Shown here piece after piece: positions 18,227 to 29,253 of a stretch of 64,000 nt of DNA; within the stretch, counting starts at the first letter, position 1; every line of letters begins with the position of its first letter. Source of the stretch: Candidatus Latescibacterota bacterium (GTDB lineage: Bacteria > Latescibacterota > UBA2968 > UBA8231); the NCBI GenBank assembly GCA_964291625.2, contig OZ220089.1:1632001-1696000 (forward strand). Reading direction: 5' to 3'. Made by a program: the position numbers and the translations under genes. The notes under the pieces are model-generated. The model made no database searches. It was not told where the DNA came from and saw nothing but the letters and a program-made list of their open reading frames with translations.

Positions 18227-19819
18227 CTACTCGAAGGGCTCGAAGAAGGTCAGGTCCGTTCCGAAGTCGTCCATGGCGACCGCCTCGTCGCCGCGGAAGC
18301 GGACCCGGGTGCGCAGGTTGCGCCAGGTCAGCTCGGTCTCGCGCAACGGCAGGTCGAGGTCGAACTCGATCCAGCGCCCCACGGCGGGATCGTCCAGCAC
18401 CAGGTAGCCCCCGACATGCCGGGCGGACCCACCCCCGTCCACGGTGACCCGCGCCGGATCCGCCCACGAGGGCCGGCGCACGTGCAGGGCGCCCGGCTGC
18501 CGCAGGCGGACGCCGAGGCGGCCGTGGGTGTAGGGGGAGCGCACCTCGATCTCGGGGGTGGCCCGGTCGAAGAGCAGGTTGACCCAGTGGCCGTCCTCGT
18601 CGCGGCGGGTGGTCTGGCGCAGGGCCTCGCAGAGGGAGCCGACGGCGCCGCCGACGATGTCGAGGTTGAAGCCGACGCGGGGCTTGTTCGACTCCCACAG
18701 GCCCGCGGGCTCGTGGCCGTAGGGGGCCGGGAAGCCGAACCCGCCGCGCAGCCGCTCGCCCACGCACCGGAGGCCGTCCACCCCCTCCGGGTTGTCGGGC
18801 TCGACGACGAAGGAGACGTCCCGCAGCTGGCTGGGCAGCAGGTGGGAGCGCAGGATGCGCTCGGCGTCCTCGTAGTACTCCGGGTGGCCGTGGGCGCCCA
18901 GGATCAGGGCGGTCTCGACGATGTCGCCGGTGTTGTTGGCCTCCCCGCGCAGGCAGTCGCTGGCCGGATCGGTGACCTCGATCGACCAGCCGATCTGGTC
19001 CCGCATCTCCCACAGGCCGTTGTCGTAGAACGCCTTCACCCGCGCCAGGAGGGCGGCGTCGCCGGTGTGATCGGCGAGCTGCGCCAGCGACGACATGACG
19101 CAGGTGGTGGAGTGGGCGTGGGGGCCGAAGAGGTCGTTGGAGAAGGCCCCGTCCTCGCCGAAGAACCCGCGCGTCGCCTTCTCCTTCAGCGCCAGGGCCA
19201 GCTCCAGGGCGGGCCCGCAGCCGGTGGCCCGGTGGATCTTGACCAGGGGGCCGATGGCCCGCGCCAGGCGCTGGATGAAGGTGCCCGCCTCGTCGCGCAG
19301 GACCTGCACGGACCAGTCGCCCTGCAGCCGCGGCAGGTCCCACCGCTCCCCGGGAAGCCAGTACTCGGTGATGAGGCGGATGCTGGCCTCGGCCTGCTCC
19401 AGGGCCCGGGACGAGTCCCGGTAGCGGGCCAGGGCGTAGAGTGCGTGGAAGCCCTCCCGCACGTCGTGGTCCTGCAGCAGGACGGGATCCCCCCGGCCGC
19501 CGGTGTGCCCGCCCCCCCGGTGCAAGGGCAGGGGCGCCCGGGAACAGGAGAAGAAGGCGGCCCGGGCGTGCTTGTCGACGGCGCTCTCCTCGAGGGTGAC
19601 GCCGGCGGCCTCCTCGGCGCTGAGCATGGCGTTGAGGTGGCGGCCCGGGATGTGGGACTCGAAGCTGCCGGCGAGCCGGGCGTCGGGGCGCACCCGGGCG
19701 CCGCCGAAGGGCAGGTCGCCGTCGTCGGCGTTGAAGCAGCGCGACATGCTCTGACAACCGAGGCGGATGGCGTCCGCCAAATCGGTGGTGTTGACGTCCT
19801 GGAGTCGGTGTCGCGGCAT
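18227..19819 (-). CDS. GH127/GH146-like (alpha/alpha)6 barrel protein of unknown specificity
   Basis: HAHSTT, GEANNTGDIVETALILG...EYYEDAERILRSHLLPSQ, WVNLLFD, beta-sandwich tail LHVRRPSWA. Confidence 0.55.
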   Translation of the reverse strand: MPRHRLQDVNTTDLADAIRLGCQSMSRCFNADDGDLPFGGARVRPDARLAGSFESHIPGRHLNAMLSAEEAAGVTLEESAVDKHARAAFFSCSRAPLPLHRGGGHTGGRGDPVLLQDHDVREGFHALYALARYRDSSRALEQAEASIRLITEYWLPGERWDLPRLQGDWSVQVLRDEAGTFIQRLARAIGPLVKIHRATGCGPALELALALKEKATRGFFGEDGAFSNDLFGPHAHSTTCVMSSLAQLADHTGDAALLARVKAFYDNGLWEMRDQIGWSIEVTDPASDCLRGEANNTGDIVETALILGAHGHPEYYEDAERILRSHLLPSQLRDVSFVVEPDNPEGVDGLRCVGERLRGGFGFPAPYGHEPAGLWESNKPRVGFNLDIVGGAVGSLCEALRQTTRRDEDGHWVNLLFDRATPEIEVRSPYTHGRLGVRLRQPGALHVRRPSWADPARVTVDGGGSARHVGGYLVLDDPAVGRWIEFDLDLPLRETELTWRNLRTRVRFRGDEAVAMDDFGTDLTFFEPFE

Positions 19820-20069
19820 GGTTCCCGCTTTCCTGTATGGGTTGCTTCTTCTGCCTGACTCGCGGCCCTCATCGGGGTACAAGCCCGCGGCGGCGAGACA
19901 AGGTAGTCTGCCGCAACGGCCAGCGCGGGGAAGGGCCCGGGGAGTCGCCCCCGCGCAGCCCTCGACGGGCGACCCGGTGCCTTGCGACGCCGGTCTCCCT
20001 TCGGCGCTATCATTTCGACACCCAGCGGAACCGCGATTTCCCCCCCGACAGGAGAATCAAGGCAACGGC

Positions 20070-23000
20070 ATGGCAAACCCTCGCAGAACCCGCGCCCACC
20101 GCGACCCGTCCAGGCCCGGCCTCGGGCTCACCGCCATCCCCCGCCTGCCCTGTCCGGCCGGCGGGGGACCGGCATTCAGGACCCTGGCCTCCCGCGCACG
20201 GGCCTCGTGCCTCTTCCCCGCCCTCGCCCTCCTCCTCTCCGCCCTCCAGCCCGCCGGCGCCGACTCCGCCGGACCGGCCACCCTCCACCTCTCCTTCGAC
20301 GACTTCGGCTTCCTCGAGCACGACTTCGTCGCCCGGGGCGGCCACAAGACCATCGAGGAGAGGGGCCTGACCCTGGAGGAGGGGCGCTTCGGCCGGGGCC
20401 TGCGCATGAACCTGACCCCGCACATCGACCTGCGTGACGAGATGAGCGGCGGCGACCTGGACGAGGTCGTGGCCGTCATGTTCCGCACCCACAGGCACCG
20501 CGAGCACTGGACCACCGACAACCAGCCCTTCCTGTGGGGCGCCGGGCGGTTCAACACCGGCAGCGGCGCCGTGGCCTTCTGGGTGAAGGGCGAGCTGACG
20601 GAAGGGGAGCTGTTCAACCAGTCGGCCATGGCCTGGGGGCGGGCCGAGAAGCACCTGCTGGCGATCACCGTTGGCGCCGACCGGCGCCTCGCCGCCCATC
20701 TCGTGGACGCCCGCTACGTCCGCCACGAGATCCGCTCCCGGAAGGAGTGGGACCCGGACCGCTGGAACCACGTGGTCCTCAACTGGGACAAGGCCCGGGG
20801 GCTGGAGCTGATCGTCAACGGCGAGACCGCGGCCTCCGCCCGGGGCCGGGACGCCTGGTGGGAGACGGCCCTGCCCGGGCTCTTCCACCTGCCCATGCCC
20901 CACGTCGTGTACGACGAGCTGCACGCCTTCTCCCGCCCCCTGGGCCGGTCCGAGATCGAGGCGCTGGCGCGGACCAACACGCCGCCGGCTTCGACGGAGA
21001 CGACCGCGCGCACCCGCAAGGACCGCGACCGGCTGGCCCGCGCCTCGGGCCTGTCACCGGACGCGGACCTGCCCGTGCTCGAGCCCCTGGACGCCGGGCG
21101 CGCCCTGACCTTCACCGAGATCGTCCCCGCCTTCGTGGGCGAGGAGAACATCCCCGCCTTCTTCTGCCGCGACGGCCGCTACGAGCTGGCCTGGCCGCAC
21201 CCACAGGACGTGTTCACGCCGATCCCGGGGGACGCCGCCCACCAGGCCGAGAGGCTCGACGTGGACCCCGGCGAGGGCGCCGTCTTCAACTACCTCACCC
21301 TCGAGGGCCACTTCGCCGAGATCCCCGCCACCCTCACCGACCTGCGCCGCAGCGAGGAGGGGCTCTTCGAGGGCGACGTCTTCCTCGACCTGCCGCGGGA
21401 CGAACGCTTCTTCTTTGCCGCCACCCTGCCCCGCGAGGCCCACGGCCCCTTCCACCTGCCCTTTCTCCAGGGCTACGGAGCGCCCCCCGGCTTCGAGGGC
21501 GACCTGCGGCTGCCCCTCACCGGACCCACGCGGGTCCACGAGGTGGGCCTCTTCGACGTCACCCTGCAGCCGTACTCGCCGGAGCCCGAAGAGACGGCCT
21601 ACTACCTGCGCCGGGGAGGCGGCCTGGAGCCGCGGTACGACTTGGCCCTGCGGACCCAGCACGGCCTCGGGGAGCGCGAGACCCTCTTCGCCTACCGGAC
21701 CCCGCCCGAGGGGGACCCCCAGTGGGTGGAGACGGGCTACCTCAACCGGCTCCACCTGGTGACGGCGCCGGTGACCGGCAGGACCTGCGTCGGCGCCATC
21801 CTCCTCGACCTGCAGGTGCGGACGCGGAGCCGGGAGGACCTGCTCGTGGTGCGCCTGCGAGACCCCGGTCTGCCCCACCGGGTCTGGACCCACGCCGAGG
21901 TGAAGCTGCGCGGCTTCGACGGCGACGGCGGCCGGCTGCGACTGCTCCTCGACCCGCCCCCCCTCATCCTGCCCGCCGGCGACCGCATCTGGCTCGATGC
22001 CGCCAGCCACTACAACGCCCGCATCCGCATCGGCGGCCAGCCGGCGAGCCGCATCGTCCTGAGGAAGGCGCCCCTCGAGGCCTCGGAAGCGGCCTACGAG
22101 AGCAAGGGCCTGATGCCCGTGGTCGCCGAAGCCACCAAGGCCCACTACCGGCCCTGGATCTTCGAGCGCATCACGCCCGACCTCGACAACCCGCACACCC
22201 TGGGCGGCCACTTCGACTCCGTCATGCCGGCCCTGGCCGTGAGCCGGGTGCTGCCCCGCTCCATCATCGCCCAGGACTACCTCGACATGGCCGGCGTCCT
22301 GTCCCGGGCCCGCGAGGCCTACGGGCTGGCGGTGCCGCCGCCCGTCTCCTTCTCGCCGGACCGGGTGCCCGAGGGCGTGCCCCCCTGGGCCTGGCTGCAG
22401 CAGCGGCTCAAGGCGTTCCGCCTGCGCGTCATCGACTGGATGGTCCGCAACCAGAACTCGGACGGCCAGCTCGGCGAGGGCTGGAACGACGACGTCTTCC
22501 TCCTCGTGGGCCGCTACGACGTGCCCCTCGACAGCCACCCCGGGGCCCGGCGGATGTTCCGGCGGCTCTTCGAGGGCCTGGACCGCACCAACATGCTCGG
22601 CGGCGGCTGGGTGCGCATCTCGCCCATGGACCACTTCCACACGGAGGACCTCACCAGCACGCGGTTCCACTCCGTGCTCTACGAGCTCGGCGATCCCCAG
22701 GTCGTGCGCCGGGCCCTGGAGACGGCGTGGCACCTCGGCAAGCCGGACCGCACGCCCCAGTACTACTTCGGCGGCGGGCCCTTCCTCTACGACTACAACG
22801 TGCTGCGCTGGTACTGGGGAACCGGGCCGAGGCACGCCTACCGGAGCCCGCCGGAGGCCCAGGTCATGGGCAGCCTGATCCACTACCACAAGCAGAGCGA
22901 CGAGATGCGCTTCCGCCGCTACACGGAGGCCTGGAACGCCCGGCGCGGCGGCGAGCAGGTGATCACCGGCATGGTCCTGGGCGGCTGGGGCCAGTCGACG

Positions 23001-23651
23001 CGCAACCCCAACTCGGACGACCTGAGCATCACCCTCTCCTGGCCCCAGGGCGGCGGCCAGGACCTGGCCCAGTGGGTGACCTGGGCCGACAGCACCGGAC
23101 TGGAGTGCCGCCTGTTCTCCTTCGATCCCCTGCCCCGCCAGGTGACGGCGCGGCTCTACCGGATCGACCCCGGAACCTTCGAGATCACCCTCCACGAGTT
23201 CGAGGAGGGAGCCGCGGGAGAGACGCTGTGGTCCCGGCGCCGGGAGCTGCAGCGCTACGACACGATCACCCTGGAGGTGCCGCCGGGCCGCGAGGTGATC
23301 CTCGGCGTGCGTCGGGTCGAGCCCGCCCCCGGCGACGGCCTGCTGCCGGACCTCGCCGTGGCCGACTACGACTGCGAGCGGAGCGGCTCCACCCTGAGGG
23401 TGCGGGTCTCCAACGTCGGCGCAGAGGCGTCACCGCCGGCGCGGCTGGTCGTGCGCTCGGCGGAGGGGGCGGAGCTGGGGGACGCGGAGGTGCCGCCGCT
23501 CCCGGCGCCGACGGACTTCGTGGAGCGCTCCGCGTGGGTGGAGGTGGCGGGGCTGCCGCCGGCGGGTCAGCTGGTGGTTACGGTGGATCCGGGGGACGGG
23601 GTGCGGGAGCTGTACCGGGGGAACAACCGGGCGGTGGTGGGTGGGGGGTGA
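20070..23651 (+). CDS. Large secreted protein: LamG/ConA-like domain, central uncharacterised region, C-terminal CARDB
   Basis: Hydrophobic signal (LALLLSALQPAGA); GAVAFWVK...WNHVVLNWD...LIVNG...DELHAFSRPL..SEI (LamG); LPDLAV...VRVSNVG...VDP.D.V.E..RGNN (CARDB); start uncertain. Confidence 0.7.
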   Translation: MANPRRTRAHRDPSRPGLGLTAIPRLPCPAGGGPAFRTLASRARASCLFPALALLLSALQPAGADSAGPATLHLSFDDFGFLEHDFVARGGHKTIEERGLTLEEGRFGRGLRMNLTPHIDLRDEMSGGDLDEVVAVMFRTHRHREHWTTDNQPFLWGAGRFNTGSGAVAFWVKGELTEGELFNQSAMAWGRAEKHLLAITVGADRRLAAHLVDARYVRHEIRSRKEWDPDRWNHVVLNWDKARGLELIVNGETAASARGRDAWWETALPGLFHLPMPHVVYDELHAFSRPLGRSEIEALARTNTPPASTETTARTRKDRDRLARASGLSPDADLPVLEPLDAGRALTFTEIVPAFVGEENIPAFFCRDGRYELAWPHPQDVFTPIPGDAAHQAERLDVDPGEGAVFNYLTLEGHFAEIPATLTDLRRSEEGLFEGDVFLDLPRDERFFFAATLPREAHGPFHLPFLQGYGAPPGFEGDLRLPLTGPTRVHEVGLFDVTLQPYSPEPEETAYYLRRGGGLEPRYDLALRTQHGLGERETLFAYRTPPEGDPQWVETGYLNRLHLVTAPVTGRTCVGAILLDLQVRTRSREDLLVVRLRDPGLPHRVWTHAEVKLRGFDGDGGRLRLLLDPPPLILPAGDRIWLDAASHYNARIRIGGQPASRIVLRKAPLEASEAAYESKGLMPVVAEATKAHYRPWIFERITPDLDNPHTLGGHFDSVMPALAVSRVLPRSIIAQDYLDMAGVLSRAREAYGLAVPPPVSFSPDRVPEGVPPWAWLQQRLKAFRLRVIDWMVRNQNSDGQLGEGWNDDVFLLVGRYDVPLDSHPGARRMFRRLFEGLDRTNMLGGGWVRISPMDHFHTEDLTSTRFHSVLYELGDPQVVRRALETAWHLGKPDRTPQYYFGGGPFLYDYNVLRWYWGTGPRHAYRSPPEAQVMGSLIHYHKQSDEMRFRRYTEAWNARRGGEQVITGMVLGGWGQSTRNPNSDDLSITLSWPQGGGQDLAQWVTWADSTGLECRLFSFDPLPRQVTARLYRIDPGTFEITLHEFEEGAAGETLWSRRRELQRYDTITLEVPPGREVILGVRRVEPAPGDGLLPDLAVADYDCERSGSTLRVRVSNVGAEASPPARLVVRSAEGAELGDAEVPPLPAPTDFVERSAWVEVAGLPPAGQLVVTVDPGDGVRELYRGNNRAVVGGG

Positions 23652-23688
23652 GGGCGGTGCGCCGCCGGCCGGTGGTCGAGTCGCCCCT

Positions 23689-26600
23689 TCAGCGCAGCAG
23701 CGTGAGCTTGCGCGTGTGCACCCCCTGGGCGGTCACCAACCGATAGAGGTAGACGCCGCTGGCCAGGGGGCGGCCCTGGTCGTCGCGGCCGTCCCAGCGC
23801 CGCTGGTGGAAGCCGGCCTTGTGCGGCCCCTCGTGCAGCACGGCCACCCGCTGGCCGGTCAGAGCGTAGACCTCCAGGCGCGCCGGGCCCTCCTGCAGCA
23901 GGAACCAGGGGATCACGGTCTGGCTGTTGAAGGGATTGGGCGCGTTCTGCTGCAGCTGCGGGCCGTCGGGCAGGCCGATCCGCTCCCGGGCCAGGGTCAG
24001 CAGCTTGGCCCGCGCCGGGTGACCGAAGCTCTCGGCGAAGAGGAAGAAGTCGGCGAAGTCGACCAACCCGCTGTTGTCCAGGTCGAAGCGGGGATCGCTG
24101 CTGCCGAAGGCCTCGGCGAAGAGGAAGAAGTCCTCAAAGCCGGTCACGCCGTCGCCGTCGAAGTCCGGGGACGGACGCGCGGTGGCGCTGAAGGTCACCG
24201 GCTCCAGACCGGCCACGGCGACCTCCACGGTGCTGGCCCCCGGCTCCCCGCTCAGGGTCAGGGTGATCGACGCGAGGCCCTCGGCGTCGGTGGTATCCGA
24301 GGTGGAGGAGAGGGTCCCCTGGCCGTCGGTGAGGGTGAAGGTGACCGGGGCCCCGGGCAAAGGGGAGCCGTTCTGGTCGCGCACGGCCACGACCAGGGAA
24401 TCCGCCAGCCGGGTTCCGACCGTGCCATGCTGCAGATCGCCGCGGACCTTGGTCAGGGTCCGGGGAACGGCGCGCCCCATGGCCCTGAAGGTCACGGGGT
24501 CGAGGCCGGCCACGGTCACCACAACGGTGTTGGCCCCCGGTTGCGAGCCCAGGGTCAGGGCGGTGGAGGCGAGGCCGTCAGCGTCGGTGGTGGCGGTGCT
24601 CACCGAGAGGGTCCCCTCGCCGGTAGTGACGAGGAAGGCGACGGCCGTGCCGGCCAGAGGCGCTCCCGTCTGGTCGAGGACAGAGACGACAAGGGGGCTC
24701 TGCAGGGGCTCTCCGGCCGGCGCCTCCTGCTCGAGGCCCCTGACCTTCGCCAAGGTCCAGGGAACCGCCAGGGTCGTGGCTGTGAAGGCTACGGGATCGA
24801 CCCCGGCCACCGTGACCTCGACGGTGGTCGGGCCGGGCGCATTGCCCAGGGTCAGGGTGGTGGAAGCCCGGCCGCGCAGGTTGGTCGTCGTGCTCTCCAC
24901 GGAGAGGGTCCCGTCGCCGGAGGTGACGGCAAAGGTGACCTCAACGTCCTTCAACCACGCGCCGTTCTGGTCCCTCACCTCGATGACAAAGGGCTCGTCC
25001 AGGGCAAGCCCGGGCCGCCCCTCCTGCTCTTCGCCGGAGAGCCTGGTCAGGCTCCTGGGATGGGGCAGGATCAGTCGCATGTCCCAGACGAGGACCGTCC
25101 CGGAGGAGGACCCGGAGACGAAGATCTGCTGTCCGGAAGAGAAAGCCAGGGACCCGGCATATATACCCCACACGGAGGCGATGTTCTCCTGGGTCTCGAT
25201 GTCCCATACCTCGATCGTACTTCTGTTGGAGCGGGTACTGCCGTTGAAGAGAAACAACCTTCCATCGGGGGAGAACGCTGCGACACCGTGGGCGCCGTTG
25301 GTATGGTCATTGGAGAGAGTGGCGATACGGGAGGCCGTCGCCACGTTCCACAACTCGACCGTACCACCCCATAGCCCCCCTGATGCAATTGGCGTCCCGT
25401 CAGGCGAGAACGACACAGCGAGAAGGAAATCCACGGGCAGCTCAAGGGTGGCTGTCTCGTCGCCCGTGGCCACGTCCCACAATCTGACCAGTGGATCCGT
25501 CCCGAATCCCGTCCCTTCCCCCGACGCAAGGGTTGTTCCATCGGGGGAGAACGCTACCGTTTGGACCCTGTCGGTGTGCCCATCGAGAGTCCATTCGCTG
25601 TCCCCCGTCGCCGTGTTCCACAGTTTGACCGTTCCATTTCCATGGCCCGAACCGATCCTCGTCCCGTCGGGCGAAAAGGCGACGACGTTGACCCAGCTCC
25701 GGAACTCATGCGACTCGAGAGTGAGTGTGCTGGTGCCCGTGGCCAGATCCCAGAGCTTGATCGCCGCATCCGAATCCCCCGAAGCAAGGGTCTTTCCATC
25801 AGGGGAGAAGGCCACGGCATTGAGCCTTCGGGTGTGCACCTCAAGAGTGGCGGTAATCCTGGCCATCGCTACATCCCACAGGTCGATCCTTCCCGACTCG
25901 AAGGCAGAGGCGACTGTCTTCCCATCGGGGGAGAGGGCCACGGAACGGACCCAACCCGGGTGCTCCCTCGTAAGGGTGGCGGCATCCCCCGTGGCCACAT
26001 CCCACAGCAGGATCGTGCCATCATGCGACCCGGAGGCAACGGTCCTGTCGTCGGAGGAGAAAGCTACAGACCTGACCATGGATCCATGACCTTCGAGAGT
26101 GGCGGTATTGGCACCTGTCGCCACGTCCCAGAGCTTGACGGAATTGTCCAGCGCCGCCGCCCCGGAAGCGAGGGTTCTGCCGTCGGGGGAAAAGGCCACG
26201 CTCATGACCCAGCTTGTGTGTCCTTCGAGAGTGGCGGTATCGGTCCCGGTCGCCACGTCCCAGAGCTTGATCGTGCGATCCATCGATGCTGATGCGAGCA
26301 TGCTCCCATCGGGGGAAAAGGCCAGGGACTGGATCACGTCCTTGTGCCCGTCCAGGGTGGCCAGGCTGCTGCCTGAAGCCACGTCGAAGAGCTTGACGGT
26401 ACCGTCAAGGGTCTCGGCGGCAAGGATCGTTCCATCAGGGGAAAAGGCGGCGGGGTGGCCTGCCCCTGGAGAGATGAACGCAGTATTGCTGCCCGTGGCC
26501 GCATCCCACAGGCTGATATTGCCGTTCCCCCCGGCGGCGAGGGTTGTGCCATCAGGGGAAAACCACAGCGCGCCGACCCAACTTGCGTGGCCCTCGGGGA

Positions 26601-29200
26601 TGGTGAAGATCTGGTTGCCCGAATCCATATCCCACAGACTGATCGTTCCATCCCCTGCGCCCGATGCCAGGGTTCTGCCGTCAGGCGAAATGGCCACCGC
26701 GGTGGCCCGCTCCCTGGGAGCAAGCAGCGCGTGCGGACGGAAGGTCGCCACATCGTAGAGCCAGACACCGGTAGTGCTGATGGCAGTGAGGTAGCGACCG
26801 TCCGGGGAAAGGGAGACGGCCTTGTCAATCGAACTGAGCCTCCCCCTTCCGAACCGCAGGACTGCACCCTCGGGCAGATGCCATGTATGGAAGTCACCCT
26901 CCATACCGGACATGTCGCTGCGGCTTCCCGTGGCGCTGAACGTCACGATCTCGAGCCCGGCAATCGTGGCCTCCACGGTGTTGGCTCCCGGCTCCGGCCC
27001 GAGGGTGAGGGGCATTTCCGCCCGGCCGCTGGCATCTGTCCTCATCCTCCTGAGAGTGAACCTGCCGCCGAAGTGGCCGTCGCCGTCGGTGACGGCAAAG
27101 GTGACTTCGACCCCGGGAGCGGGTTGTCGTACTGGTCTCTCACCTCGAGGACCAGGGGGTCATCCAGTTGAGCGCCGGCCGGGCCCACCTGGGTGTCTCC
27201 CGAAATGACGACCAGCCTCCTGGGGCGAGGCTGCAGCCACTCTGCCATGTCCCACAGTTCGACCGCGGCATCCGACCCGGCGGCGAGGACGCGGCCATCG
27301 GGCGAAATGGCCAGGGCACTGGCGCCCTTGGCCGGCGCCCGGAGAGTGGCCAGGTTGCGGCCTCCCCCAACGTCCCAGAGCTTGACATCCCCCTGGCGTC
27401 CCCCGGAAGCGAGCAAGGTCCCGTCGGGAGAGAAGACCACCGAGCTGACAGGCCGGCCATGCACCCCGAGGACGCTCACGCTCTCCCCCGTGGACGCATC
27501 CCACAGCCGGACCGTCCTGTCATCAGACCCCGAAGCGAGAATCCTGCCGTCGGGTGAGAAGGCCACCGCATTGACCTCCGGGCTCCAGCCGGAAGTCCCC
27601 GGATGCCGGACGACCGCGGTACTCGCCTGCGCCGCCATGTCCCACAGGGTGATCTGATCACCATCGGCAGCGGCGAGGATGCCGTCCGCGGAACGGCCAC
27701 GGCAGAGGCTCCGGCCGGCAGGGTGGCCGTGTGGGTGCGTGTGGTCATGTCCCACAACCGGATCTCATCGGCGTACGCGGCGGCGAGGACCGCGCCGTCG
27801 GGGGAGAAGGCCACCGAACCGGTCTGGCTCCCGGGTCCCAGGAGAGAGGCGAGGAACTCACCCGTCTCGGCGTTCCATAGAGCGATGTCGCGCGATCCGG
27901 CGGCGAGGGTTGCGCTGCCGGGTGAGAGGGCCAGGGCGTTGGTCCCGCCGGACAAGGGGGTTGAGGTCTGCCTGTCGATGTCCCACAGGCTGATCGCACC
28001 GAGGGAGGCCGAGGCCAGGGTGCCGTCGGCTGCAAAGGCCAACGAATGCACGGAACCTGCCTCCAGAGTGGAGACATGCTGCGGGGAGACCTCCCACAGC
28101 CGGTACTGGGACCAGCTGGTATTGCCGTTCCTGTCCGTGGCCAGAATGTGGATCGGATGCACGGGTGGGTCGGACAGATCGTACAGATTCCAGGTAGCGC
28201 CAGATGGAATGACACCGTCGTAGTCGATCTCCACGACGGTCACCTTCTCACCCGTCAGTTCCTGGCAGGTCTTCAGCTCGAGGCCGCCTGCGCCTATGTC
28301 CCCGTCGTGTGTCCATCTCGTATTCACGATCATCCTCACCTGGTGGAGCCCGTCGGCATCGTCGACCCTGAGTCGAACAGGGACGCTCTCCGAGCCTGCC
28401 GGATAGGCCCGCGACGAAAGGAGCTCGATGGCGGGGGGCTGGCCTTCCTCCACGCGCACCTCGGGGTTGAGGTACGCGTGCACGGCCAGGTGGGAGGCGG
28501 CACACGCGGACAGAGCCCTTCGATCTATCTGCCCATAGGACATGATGTAGGCATCGTCGTGGAAGTTGTGAGCCAGTCCGAAGACGTGGCCGAGTTCATG
28601 GGCCTTTGTCTGCCAGACAGCTCCTGCCGACACTACCGCGACACCGCTCTGCTTCGACCACCGGGCGGCCTTTCCCCAGGCGGATCTGCCGATCCGGTTT
28701 GAGCGATTGTCAATGACGAAGAGGTTGACATTCTTCGAGAGATCGAATCTCTGACCGATCTCTTCGTACATCGAGTAGAATGTGCGGTCGAGATAGTGGC
28801 TGTCCGGGTGTTGGCCGTCCACGCGGTGGACCACGGGCTCGCCGGCGTCGTCGGTCTCATAGGCGAAGGTCTTGCGGCCGTACCCGTGCACCTCCATCTG
28901 CTCGCCGAAGAAGGTCTGGATCGTGCGGATCTCATCCTTCATCCCCTGGATGATTCCCTCGCGGACAGGGCGGTCACTGGGCAGGAAATAGAACATCCGT
29001 ACCGTGCGGGGCTCGCCGGCGTTCAGGTCCGCCAGTCGCTTGCCCGCGCCCTGGACCTCGAGGTCCTGCAGCTCGATATCGAGGACTTGGCAGAAGTGCA
29101 GGCTGTCCGGGGGAAGGACGGTTGCGTGGACCAGCGAGACTGGCCGGGAGATCAAGCCAAGCAAGGCAAGACAGGCCAGGAGATGAACGGCAGGTTTCAT
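23689..29200 (-). CDS. Giant secreted metzincin - WD40 - Big_1 (Ig-like) - dockerin - FlgD-Ig/T9SS-like CTD protein, split by two single-base frameshifts
   Basis: ORFs 27476-29251, 27042-27755 and 23689-27045 join by adding one base at ~27692 and one in the C4 run at 27111-27114. Signal peptide; [11 protein letters not shown] plus IMSYG; about 20 WD40 repeats; 4 Ig-like repeats; [21 protein letters not shown]; QNAPNPFN...[16 protein letters not shown]. Confidence 0.8.
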
Positions 29201-29253
29201 GATCCGTGCTCCTGGTTGTGGCGATTCGGACTCGTAGAAGCGGGGCAACAAGG

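Noticed and set aside
19820-20069. Possible riboswitch or ncRNA in the divergent intergenic region (also 36898-37035)
   Set aside because: Only generic GC-rich pairing; no conserved motif recognised; an Infernal/Rfam scan would be needed
20534-23746. 1070-aa Arg/Pro/Gly-rich ORF and similar alternative-frame ORFs (43479-45719, 57637-59973, 8591-10441, 2635-4860)
   Set aside because: Off-frame or antisense products of GC3-biased real genes, with low-complexity R/P/G/A composition or no recognisable motifs
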